This document shows, piece after piece, positions 26,631 through 39,133 of a DNA stretch of 64,000 nt. Within the stretch, counting starts at the first letter, position 1. Each line of letters begins with the position of its first letter. Made by a program: the position numbers and the translations under genes. The DNA is from Trichosphaerium sp. ATCC 40318 (lineage: Eukaryota > Protista > Tubulinea): assembly GCA_038496445.1 (NCBI GenBank), contig JALMLS010000488.1, positions 1 to 64,000 on the forward strand, read 5' to 3'. A model generated the notes under the pieces. The model was not told where the DNA came from and ran no database searches. It was given only the letters and a program-made list of their open reading frames with translations.

Positions 26631-28035
26631 TCAAGCTTTAACATAGACTGTGTCAATGAGAACACCGAGTAAAAACAACCCACCGAACCATCTATTGTGG
26701 TTGAATGCGTGGGCAACAAACCATAGAGGCCAAATGCCTTCCGGGTATTCCTTTGGTGGCGTCCTTGGTGCAGCACTGGTGTACACGCTAATGGTCTGAG
26801 AAGGGTTCAAGTTAGTGATAATGAATGCAGTCAACATGTGCGCACTATGAGTAGAACTGGTACAGCGGCGAACACCATCAGCAAAATAGGTGAAAAGAAG
26901 CCGTTTAATATCAACAGCGACACAATGATATACTCTCCAATCATGAGTGCTATAGCTGTCCAACGAGCACCAGCGTCTCCCAACAAAACAGGCAAGGTGT
27001 AAATGCCCTTATTTTTATCAGCAATGAGCTTGTCTGTGTGCTTCCCAAACAAGATTGTAGTTGCACCAAGCGCATACCTTTTGAAAAAAAAAGTTGGCTG
27101 GTGATTGTAGGGAACTATTGATCCAACTTACGGTAAACTGGCTGTGCACACGTTCCAAGACCACTGTTGAGTGATTGTATAATATCCACCACCTAGTATT
27201 ATTAGCTTTTCACTAGTAGTCGCGCCGCACCAATCATGAGTATGCCTTGACAAGTGTAAGTAATGGATAATTATGAGACAAATATTAAAACAAAGCGACA
27301 CTTACCCCACACAAGAAAGACAGCAACTTCGCCCATGCCAATGTATTTGAGCGGATAAGTGTAGAACAAGAGAAAAAATGCGCCGGCTAAAGTGAGGTAC
27401 AGGACCTGTTGGGATGTTGATGAGAAATAATATTACGATACGCTTACGGTTATTCCGCGCAATACTGATAAATATATGCCAAAAGACAAGGCGATGCACC
27501 CTGTCACAACTATAAACACCATCATTGCTCTCTCCGTCATTAACTTCATTGGATGAGATCCATATCGATTCCTTATTTTTGTAAGTTTAGTCACGTGAAA
27601 GCAGTGTAGGTTATACCTGAAGTAATTGTCCTTGTCTACGCCCTTTTTCCAGTCTGTGTAGTCGTTCAACAAGTTGTTGGTTGCATGAGCGAACGTGAGA
27701 CCCAAAAAGACGCATAAAAACACAGGTAAATCGAATTTATCGTCTCGGTAAGCAAATACTCCTTTTATTTTGTCAGTGAATACTGGGAAACGTTAGTACG
27801 CGCGTACCTGCTAAACCAGCGCTTATGTATGTTATTATGAGTACACCAGCGCGCGTTGCTACAAGCCACTGCGTAAAAACGCTCAATGTATTCCATTCGG
27901 CCTTGTCTACGCGTGGAACACCTACAAGTGCCTCCCTTTAAAGATTTAAACAAAGTTACAGTTTATTTTTTAAAATCAAACGTACATCCACACGGGAGAC
28001 TTCCGCTGAGCCTTTGTTGCAGAAGTAGTTGCCAT
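26631..28035 (-). CDS. menA: UbiA-family prenyltransferase, MenA/UBIAD1-like (DHNA polyprenyltransferase)
   Basis: WLVATRAGVL, AHATNNLLNDYTDWKKGVDKDNYFR (NDxxDxxxGxD), FGKHTDKLIADKNKGIYTLPVLLG, YPEGIWPLWFVAHAFNHNR; multiple TM helices. Confidence 0.88.
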
Positions 28036-28144
28036 GAGTAACAGTACAGAATGGGAAGCGATCAAGTCAAGTTTGGTTTTAGAAGTTCCGTTCAATTTAA
28101 AAATGTTTTTACTATTTATTGTACAACTTGTTTACACCATTTAT

Positions 28145-29826
28145 TTACGCTATCGCCTGCCGTAACATTGTAATTGTTGGGTCGTTTACTTTATTGATTG
28201 CCTCCAAAGCTCTAGTTGCACCCTACAATGAAAATGGTTAACGACAAGGCCTGCAGAGAAATAGAGCGTGCACACGTGCCTTTTTCTGCCAAATTGAGCG
28301 AACAGCCTTGATATTTGTGAGACGAGTGGTAAGAAGTGAGCACATGGCATAGCTTTCCTCTCTAAGCTTTTGCAATGCTTCCATGCCGTTATCTTGAACG
28401 CTTGCACGTTTCTCCAAGCGACTGGTTTTGATTGGCTGAGACTCCGGCATTATAGGCTCTGTTTCTACTTCTTCTTGCTCAACTGGCGTTTCTTGGTCCT
28501 GATAAAAAACTGGTAAGGTACACGCGTTTGCAACATAAAAGCAACCAATTGCGTACCTTTAAGTCTATAACCCACGTTGCGAGGGCATTAGATCCGCTCT
28601 TCGTTAATACGAGCAATTGATCACGTGATGACTGAATGGCAACTGGAGGTTCTTTCAAATCCGCAATTACCACAGAATCATTAGAGTTTTCAAGGTTATA
28701 AGCGCATATTTCGCCTAAAGCGTTTGCAAGTGTCAGCTATGGTTAGGATAATCTTAGTGTGCGTACCCGTCTGGAATGCGCCAAGCACTCGCTGACCATT
28801 ACTTTCGAAGCACAACAGAGGACAGGAGGAAGTTTTGTAAGAGACAGAAGGTTCCCTATGAAAAACAAAAGAGTGAGGCCATAGTTCTGAGTAGTTCTTT
28901 AGCATACAATTGTACACCTGGTGCTTGATCGGCGAGGTTCCAAAACTGGACACCCTCAGAACAGCCAGTAACAGCCTGTAATTTGTGGGGATTGAAGCCA
29001 AGTGCTGATGTACTACCTCGCCATTTGCCAATCTTGTACTTAGGCAACTGAGAAGCAACATCATATGCCTGTTATCATAACCGTTAGCTTCGCGTATTGG
29101 TTTTTTTTTGTGAAATGATGTGCATACTTGAAAAGAGACGTGTCCTGTATTATCTATACATGTAGTGACGAGTTCAGCACCATCTGGACTGAATCGTGCA
29201 AAACAATTGCCTGGAAGAAGAGGACCCACATGCATTGACCAGATCTCCTTGCCGCCAACACGAATGTCCTTTGCAAATACATTGGCACCAGTGTGCGCAA
29301 CTACTACATCGCCAAACGGATGAAAATCTACAGAAGAAATCGCACTTCCATTGCTCTCGGAAGCTAAGCGACGCACTCCTAGTTGACAGACAGTTAGAGT
29401 ACAAAATAACGAAACGACTTTTTTTGTTTTTGGTTGCAAAAACATACTGGTTGCACGCTTTAAATCCCATAATTCTAACGCTCCATTCTTGTTGCCACCA
29501 AGTAGGTTTTCGCACGTGCCATCAAATTGTAAGGAAATTACCTCTCCATTTGTTTCTTCGTTAAATTTCTGTTGACATTAAATTGTAAGAGCGTACAATG
29601 GCACAAAGGTAGCATTTGGCGAACGTACCAACAGTGGGGAGGTATTTCCAATTGCCCAAACTTTAACCGCACCATCATCACCACTTGTTGCGAAAATTGG
29701 ATATGTAGAAGCGAATTGAACGGCATTTAGCTTGGTTTCGTCACCATGAGCCTCGAATTCGTCTAAAATGTCTTAGAACAATGCGCCAAGAACAGATAAC
29801 GTACTGTGTTTGAATGATTTGTTCAT
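28145..29826 (-). CDS. KATNB1: Katanin p80 WD40 subunit, C-terminally shortened
   Basis: EFEAH..., ATSGDDGAVKVWAIG, SSVDFHPFG, ARFSPDG, ALGFNPH WD40s; start of con80 domain CSLLTTRLTNIKAVRSIW. Confidence 0.8.
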
Positions 29827-29971
29827 CCTACGTTTTAGCGGGAAACAAACGTATAAAAAATTGTAAACTTAACCAGCCACCAAATAAGTCACGAGTGAAA
29901 GCTGTACATTTTTACATAACGACAGTGTTTGGCAAATGCATCACGTGTGTTCGTTGCTACCATAGGGATTG

Positions 29972-32900
29972 ATGGACGAGTCAACGAAAGGCGAGCAGCC
30001 CGAATCGACGGCTTATTCCGTAGTATTGCGAAACTTGGATGTAGAGGTTGAGTCCTATAAACAGGCAAAACTATCGCCCAACCTACAAACAATCGCACTT
30101 CTCACACGCTCAAATACCCTCAAACTTCTTTGCGTAGTATCTAGTAGCGTAGACTCAGCCGAAACAACGAACAGACAGAGTTACTTTTTGGAATTTTCTA
30201 AAGACAATATCGACCTGTTTTTTTGGCACTATAGCGAAGATACAGGCGTCGTACTGATTTGTGTCGACTCTGAACGGACATTGTACTGTATTCGTTTATT
30301 AGAGAGCGGGCCCAGCGATAGCAGTGACAGTACCAACGCCAAAAAAGGTTATCTCGCTAGCTGGAGCGAATGGACAAACGATAGCTCTATGTTCCTTAGC
30401 GAAATGACTCTAAGCTCTTCGAGCGAAGGCCTCAATGCCCAAGGTACCAACTAAATTAAATAAGCACACTTTTTTAATTTATTTTTTTGTTTTGGATTTG
30501 ACACGTACATCATAACCAATTTGTACTTCCCTTATTTGCTACCCAATAATAATAATCCCTAGGCCCTATAGTAAAAATATTGGGAGGCATGTCATCTATT
30601 GTACTCTGCTACAAAGACGAACTGGTCTCTCTAGAGCTCGATTCAAGTGGCGTGCGTATACACATGCGCATAGAAGCGAAAGCGTCCGGTTCAGCAGATT
30701 GCGTGACTCTCCAAAAGAATCATCTGGTGCAGTGCCATGCCAACATCTTACGTATCCTTTAATTGCGCTTATTTATGGAATTTTTTTGTCCAATTGTTGC
30801 CAAATTATAATTTGTTAACCTTAACAATACCAAGAAATATGGGACGTTAGCGAAGGTGAATTAGTAGGTGACCAATTTGACTTGGCACCTTTGCTCAGTG
30901 ATAGAAAAGGGGACATTATTACTGTAGGAGAACATCCTGTCCGTATACAAATGGCTGGAGATCTAGAGACAGTCGTATTGTTGCTATCCTCAGGTTGGAT
31001 ATTTGTCGTTTCAATGGCATACTTGCTTGATTTTCACAAAGAGCGGCTTAACAACACAGCACATAGCGATTTACGCCCTATTGTCCCAACCACAACCACG
31101 TTTGTAGAGCCAGCGGACGACGCACCAGGGCAATCAACTGCTGCAGCTTGGTGGGAGGACGACTGGCACAAGAATCGGGTTAAGCCTATGACTGCGCGAT
31201 GGAGCAAAACTGCCAAGACATCAGCTAGATCTGTCTTAAATGGTTTTGTTGCACGTATGGTAGAGATTAACATTCGTCAACTTAAATATTGTATTAGGGA
31301 CTAACGACAATGGGCGTAACATAGCAAGTCCAAGGGCAACTGTTGAGCCTGTAGTAACAGCACCAAAGCAGGAAGAGCCCAAGTATTGGTTCATTCCTCC
31401 AGGTATTGTGTGACTTGGCTTTGATTGTTGGACTAATACCCTCCTTATAGGAGATCGCAGTGTAGATGGTATTGCATGTACATCGCAATCCGTAGTCTTG
31501 TTTATGGGATCTGATATTTTGTTTTACAATCGGCGCAATGTAAGTTTCTACTTGTCAACCTAATTCATAACTTCTTTTCTAGAGCGACTTATTAGCAAAG
31601 ATGAGCCTGTCTGGAACCATGTTATCATTCTTACTTGACGACGTCGGTCCACTGATGGGTGTATCACATCGTGGGTTAGAAGTACTGGATGTTTGCCTGT
31701 ACCAAGATCGAGAGAAACTGACTAATCGTCTTATTATCATGGACTCTATGGACCATGCAGATAGATTGTTTGAATTGAATAAATGGGACACAAGAACGCT
31801 TAGAATGCATGGTCTTAAAATGGGCCTGCAGTTTCGCCAACTGGACGTAGTTCGTCAAGCGCTCAAAAGTCTAGCAGCACATCAACAATACAAAGCTTGT
31901 CAGATATTGCTTGATTTTATAGAAAAGAATGATTCTAGTACAGTATTAGACGAGCACTTTTGGGTCAATCTCTTGAATGTTGGTATGGTATTTATAAGTC
32001 AAATTATAACGGATAAGGCACAAGCCGACAAGCCAGATTTCAAGGAGTTGCTCAAGTTTTCATCAATTTTGAAGGTAAGAAAAACCCTACCAATTTCAGA
32101 CATTGAAAAAATGTTTGTTTGTAGGGATTACGAAATATGAAAACAGACTCTAAAAAGAAAGAATCATCCCGTAGATTTCAGGATGTGGGATTCGTGAAAG
32201 CGACAGTATGAGATGTTTTGCTTTGTAGAGGTGTTCAAAATTTAATTCAATCTATTAGGGTCCAGCAAGAAGCCCTGTGCCTTCTCCTCGAATGCGTCGG
32301 ATGGCCAGTGTGCCAAAACTTTCATTTTCACCTGCTTCTTCTCATGACGCTTCCTCTCCAATGGACATATCCCAGTGGAAGTTACCTAAAAGTGTTGCCG
32401 ATACTCCTGAGATGTCTGAAGGGAGCGAACACTTTGACGTTGATTGGCCAGCGGAATTGGAGCACCTAGAAAATGAAATCGACGCTGGTGAAACGCTGTT
32501 CTCGTTCGGTACAGTTAGAGACAGGTGGGAGAAGATGGGTGTTTTCCAGATAATACGAGAGTCTCTACTTATGTCAACTGTTGGGCTTGCTTGTTCGTAT
32601 TTGCGATGGAGGTCCAAGAAATCACATGGTTCCACACCACGCAGCGCTCCATTTTCATTTAGAGTTCTTCAACATGCAGCGTGTTGTATTGTGTATCAGG
32701 CAGTAGCCAATAATGAGGTACTCTATTGCAACGCTTTAATTCTGTTTTAACGTTGTGGTAAAGGTAGCTGCTGCAAAGGAAATGCTAAGGAATATGGGTA
32801 CAACTGAAGGTAGCCACTTGTCAGAATTACTGTGGTGGAGTGGAAGGCCGTCTATTTTCAACTCTTTAACGCCTCATTTAAGCATTGAAACTCAACAATT

Positions 32901-35900
32901 ACCTCAACGCGCAGTCAGTTCTATTGGTACACCCTATTCCCTGAAAGGTGGTAACTAATTTGTCTATTCTACTAGAGTACACTATGGCCTTACATGCATT
33001 ATATAAATCGCCTGATTATGGGAACGTTTATAATTCTGGATACTTGAAGAGGAGACGTGATGAACAAGCCACTGGGTTTGAGTGGCAAGTTGAAGAAGGC
33101 AAACAAAAGCTGTTTATGCTTCTAAAACCAGACAATATCGATGACATTCATCCAAAGGCATGTCCTGTAAAAATACATTATTTCTAATGGCTATTATTAC
33201 TAGATACGGTCGGAGCTTGGCTTCGTTATTGGGGATTCACTTCAGAGTAGTCAAGCTGGAACAGATTCAATACCTATACCCAAGTTAGCTGGGAAGGCTG
33301 AAAAAACAGATTTGACTTCCAATGTAACAACAGGTTATCTCTTCACAAGACTTGCTTGGACTTCAGCCTGGCCAGAGTCATATAAGCTTAAAATTCTATT
33401 AGAAGGCCACATGATCAATAGCCTTCCTTTAACAGATATGCTCAAAGATTATGATCCCACTGATCCAAAAGTTGCGGTAGCAATACTCACATATACACTA
33501 ACACATAACGATCCTACATCACTGTACACTTATGTTAAAAGCTTGGAGTGGGACTGTGATGTAGACTTCACAGGGGCAATCAAGAATGAAGCACCTCAGC
33601 ACATACGTGTCATAGCTGATACAACTAAACTATTAAAACAATCGACACCTGTACGTTGGCATTTTGTTACCCAGTCTTAGAGATCTAAAATCCCATGATT
33701 AGGGTTTTATGTGGAGGTTTATTGTGGATGCTCTTGGCGCCAAAGCGTTGTTTGTGGAACGCGACTCATCATTACACAATGTCCTGAGTGTTCTCGCTCG
33801 TACTGGAAAGCTGTTCTCAGGACCTATATCAAAGTCAAGCGAATGTGCGCTACTGCCTCGAGGTGTAGTTACGGAATTCCATGCCCAGGTTATTCTGCAC
33901 ATGCTTGCAAACAACATGGAAACGATGCTCAATCATTATTTGAGGATATATAATTTAGATCCAACAGAAGTTGTAGTACGTACTTCACCTGCTGATGCTT
34001 AGCATTTTTTGTAATTAACAAAACGTGTTGTAGCAATTTACAAACAAAATCGAACATCCTCCTTGGTTTAAGATGATGCTTGTCCTACTTCGCACAAGAC
34101 CAAACATCGCTGATTTGATAGATGCGCACAAATTAGTAGTAACTAATACATCAACGGCCAATACAGACAAGTTGGGTGCTGTGAATGCTATTGCTTGGTT
34201 ATTGTACAAAGGAATTTTGCTCAAAGGTACGCTCACCCTGTGGCTCTCTCAACCGTCGTGTAAATCACGTGACGTACACTTACTCTTTGCAAAGATGCTT
34301 TGGATGGGAAAAATATAAGCCTTGCATTAGACAGAAAGGCTATGGTTGAATTTTGTAGACGATATCCAGCGCTGACAGGAGCTATTACACATAATATGCA
34401 AGGTGTAAAACAATCTATGTTATCGGCTGACTTTACACACAATTTCGGAAAGACTAAACTATCACAGATCAAGTCTGCCACTAACGATGTCAGCGCATAT
34501 CAACTTTTACAAGGAGGTCAGATGTTTTCAGTAGGACAAACATTCGAAGACGTAGATTTCGTATCGTTCTCAAAGAATGCTCATGCACACCATCGATTTT
34601 GCGATAGTCTGGACATACTTTATCATCTCATTACTGGACAGCCATTTAGAGCAATCAATCTATTTGCTAGGGAACCAGATGCTGTATTTCGGCTAACAAA
34701 AGCAGTACCAACTCCTGTTCCAGGAAGCATGTAAGTTGCTTTGGTCTATACCAATTTGTTACTAAAGGACGCATAGGGTCCTCCCTGCGGATCAGTTAGC
34801 AGCAATAGAATCAGCTGTTATAAAGACTACTATTACAAACCATGAGGACATGGTTGTTACGTTATCTTCAGCTGTTTTTCTTCAATTGATTGGTGCTGAT
34901 TCACAAACACTACTGGCGGACATAGCGACATTGTCGCTTGCTAAAGAGATTACTTCCTTAAGCGATATTGATCCCACTTTATTTTTGAAAGATCCACAAG
35001 CTGCATTGGATCATGTTATAGACCTAGTTTCAGATAGTGGCAATCCGAGCGCCTATGCTACGATAGCCAAGTACGCCAAGTGTCACGAACTCAACATTCC
35101 AGATAAAGTCATGAGAAACTGGGTTTTGAAGACTGAAAGTGAACCAATCAACCTCCTCATAGCACTGTTATGCAACGGCTCTGCCGTTCCTATATCTGTA
35201 CCTCAGGTATGCATCTCAAGTACTTTCACATTTAACTGGTTGTTTAGATAGTACGTGTTGTCGAATCATTCAAGGACACAAGATTAACGCAGCATGCTGT
35301 TGCTGCACTGTCTGCTGAAAGTACAATGGAACAAGATCGCCTCAGCCGCCTTTCAAATCTATTGAGTTCCGCCTTGACGCATGGCGCTAACCCAAAAGCG
35401 CTGCAACTAGCTGCAATGACTCACGGAGAACCGCCGCTGTGTCTAGCGTACACAAAACCAGAAATGGTGAGCATTTTGGGAAACTACGTTGGTTTTCTAA
35501 TGTTGTACTTTAGCGACTAACTGCTCTGTCCACGTGGTTATACGCCTCCTACAAGAAACAAAGTCCACTTGAATTCGCTAGGCAGCTACCAGAGCATCCA
35601 TTGTTAGCGACTGCTGATCCTTCCGTTCAAGTTCTGAAGGCAAGCTTTGCAATTCCACATAAAATATTTTGCTTAACGTCCAATAGGAAAACCTATCTAT
35701 AGTGATGACAGTATGCCATCGCCACCATCAGCACTTGCTTCTTATCGTACGAACTTGTTTTTTTGCTTTTCTTTTAGACTAAGACTGTTGTATAGCGAGG
35801 GATTGCTCTCGTGTATGGAAGTGATGCACCTATTCTATCGTTTGTGTTGTTTCACCAAGCAGTCACGCGCCATTGTTGGCGTGCTGCTGAGCTGCATCTG

Positions 35901-38813
35901 TATAAATTCTGGAAGCAACTCACTCAACAAGACTCATTCGATGACTTGCTTGACGCCATTTGGTGTAGAGATATGGCTATTGCTGTGATCAAAGTGTCTT
36001 TGCAGGAACAATGGCCTTGCGTACAGACTTTCTTCTCAAAGAGCAAATTTTTCTTCCTATTGAACCAATACCCATTGGATCCATCGTTCATCAACCTATA
36101 TCACACTTTTGTCCTGCTACAACGTACAAATCTTCTCGATGCGGTAGGCACCAAATTTGAGGTTGAGCCTGAACCAGACCTTGTCATCACACTCTTGATT
36201 GGTAAAGGCTTATACGCCGAAGCCAGAGAGCACGCTATTAGCCGGCAACGAGATCCAGACAAAGTAACTTTGGCACAAGTTAAGACTATTGTGAAACCAA
36301 CAGCCAATAGGCTATTGCGTCGAGGTCCAGGCGTTGAGGTATGTCGTGTAACTTTATTTGTACTTGTTTGACTGATTGATATTTAGCAAATGTGGGAGCG
36401 TGTCCAGCAAATGTTCTTGGAGCATAAGTGCAGTCCGCTCTTTGCAGGAAACTTCTTTGCAGCGCAAGGGGAAAGATTGCTAAAATCCAAAGGAGGTGCT
36501 TACAATCTCAGAACCAGAGGTACATCTTATTTAACACTACTTTCTCCCTAAATTTTAACCGCAGGCGATGCTACATTGGTAATTCGGTTATTCAGTCTGG
36601 CCATAAATTGGCTAAACGGTACAAAGGATTGTCGAGTTAGATGTATTGTAGTGACTAATATATTTAGGGGTACACAATCAGCAAATTGGTAAGTGGCCTC
36701 ACCAAGGAGATAATTGGAAGTCTCAAGATGAGTTGGCAAAGCTAGAACGTACCATACTTCGCTTGTCTATTGTAGAGCAAGCCACGAGTGGGCCATCGCC
36801 GGGTACCAGCCCTGTCACTGATACAGACGCCTTTCCGTTCCCAAACTCCCCTACCCAAATCCCTTCCCATATGGCATCCAACACCAACCATTTACGTCGT
36901 ATTGTTTCCAACTTGCTAGAAGAGGATAACTTTGATCAAGCCGGAAAATTATGTACGATGTCTCTTCGTTTTGAAGTTCTAACAGTTGGCTCAGGTCTTC
37001 AGTTTCACTACGAAAGTGATGACTTGATAATCATCGAAGCAATGCTAACCATGATATACACAAATACGCGCATGCCTTCCAATCCAGAGCAATCTACCCA
37101 CAAAGCGCGTGAAGCATTACAAGCTGCGGAGAATGATAAGCTAAGCGCACTTGAGAGTCTAGCATCGCAGGTGCAATTCGCCACGGGATGTGCCGATAGG
37201 ATTATCATAAAATGGAAAGTTTGTACTGCTCTAAGGCTACCAGACGCAGACGCATTCGATGCAATTGATCTGTACAATCACGTACAATCGTTAATTCCGC
37301 ACAACGACAAATTAGAGCTGACCACTCACTTCATTCTGAGGTTCAAACTAGACCAACAACGGGTAACCAACACTGTGGTACATCGCCTGTTAAGTATGTT
37401 TTCGTAGGTATCGAATATTATCGCTGGCCAAATCATGAATAACATTAACAAGTCAGTACAAATGCAATCGACTAAAGAATGTAAACGCCTTGTGTCTCTA
37501 TCACAAGTTCCCGAATTTGTTGGTAGTACGCTCGTGAGTCGCGTGGAGGCAGACAGAGCCAAAAACAAGCTACCACTAGATCAACAGGCCATGATTCTCA
37601 TAATTGCTCACTATGCCTTTGTCGAATCATCTTCAATTGATGGCACAGATCGTGTTCTGCGTATTATCCGACAGATAGTGCCTGTACGTTACCTGAGTCA
37701 AGATTTTTTTAAAAACCATTATGTCAGTTGCAGGTTTTGTTACGTGTACTCATTTGTTTGTAGCAATACGTCAACAATAGGAAGTATAGGTTACTTGTTA
37801 AGATTGTAGTAGAAACAAAGCAATACAAACAGTTACAGTACATTTTGGATCTGCTCGTCAAGTGCGTACTGGACATTCTATTTGTTTCTTCTAGAAATAG
37901 ATAGTATTACAAAAACTAACCTTTTTGTTTGAACTAGGTATGACTGTTTTGAAATGCTGTTGTCTAGGAATGTAGCCGCTTCTCTAACAACGCCTGAAGA
38001 TAAAAAAGACTTACAAATAGCATTGTATAACTTTCTACGGACAAACTATCCATCTGAAGAGAACAAACTAAAACTTTTGTTCTTGCATTTTAAAATGTAC
38101 AGAGAGCAAGCTGTATTTCTTCACAAGCAAGCGTCAAAGCGCATTAAGCTGTTTGCACAACGTTTTGCGAAAGATGGATTGGATGTAGACGAACTAGCTG
38201 ATATTTACGATTTGTTCCTTCAAGCTGCAGAGATATACAACAAATACGACTGCCACAATTTGGCCGAACAAGAAATGTTTCAAGCACAATTGGTTCTGCT
38301 TCAACTCAAGTACCGCAACTCGCTCCTTCTCAATATATCACAAGATGATGTGCTCACAACATTATGTGGTACTGCAACCAAGAACCAAAATACCATTTGT
38401 TGACGTGTCTGTCTTTAGGTATGCCAATTTTTTCACACGCGTACATTATCGCCAGTGCCTATGGTGTTGCATCCAAGCAATCGATATGGGTAGCAGCTAT
38501 ATATGCTCAGTGTGTCGTTAAGGGCAATTTTGTATTTTTAGAAGATGTAACTGGAGCGCTACCTCACTTGGACGTACGAATTTGTAATGTCACCATCCTC
38601 AGTATGTTAACAAAACTTTACTAGATGAACGCTGCATTTGTATCGCTTACAAAGCGGTTCTTGGCCGATTCGAGCAAAGATACATACCAGCAATCTTTTC
38701 ACAAAATACTTTCCGCGTATCTTGATGATGGTTCGCTGCGATACAAACTGGCTTGCGAACTTGGCTTCGAAGATATAAAAGAGCAACTTGCTTGGATACA
38801 AAAGCTTGTGTAA
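29972..38813 (+). CDS. SPG11: Spatacsin (AP-5 accessory protein)
   Basis: GLKMGLQFRQLDVV; C-terminal Spatacsin domain LIIAHYAFVESSSIDG, QYKQLQYILDLL..YDCFEMLL, LQIALYNFLR, LFLHFKMYRE, RYKLACELGF. Confidence 0.9.
30752..30834 (+). other. U12-type (minor spliceosome) GT-AG intron in SPG11
   Basis: 5' site GTATCCTTT, branch AACCTTAAC at 30817-30825, 3' AAG with no pyrimidine tract. Removal joins NIL-Q-IWDVSEG in frame with the 30882 ORF. Confidence 0.88.
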
Positions 38814-39133
38814 CAACTGTGCTCCTTGCAACTGTATTATACTGTACAAACAAAATAGATGCGTTAAATCGCTCCGAACTCAAAATAAACCAAAAAACCC
38901 CCTTGCACGTGCTTACATATTTGAGGTAAAAAACACGTGATTTCTAGTGCAAACACCAAATGGGACAGCATGTAGACAAAAATCCGCCCAGTGTTTAACA
39001 TTGTATCGCTCACATGCCACAATAGCGTAGGGAACAGCTAGTGAGGCTTGCCGCTTAAGAGTAGCTAAGTTGTGGTCATAGAAAGTCACTTTAGCTTTAA
39101 TTAATTATTTATTGCCAAGCGTACTGAATTATA

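Noticed and set aside
18760-38940. CACGTG sites as CLEAR/E-box regulatory elements
   Set aside because: The hexamer is also frequent in introns and exons here, so enrichment cannot be shown by eye.
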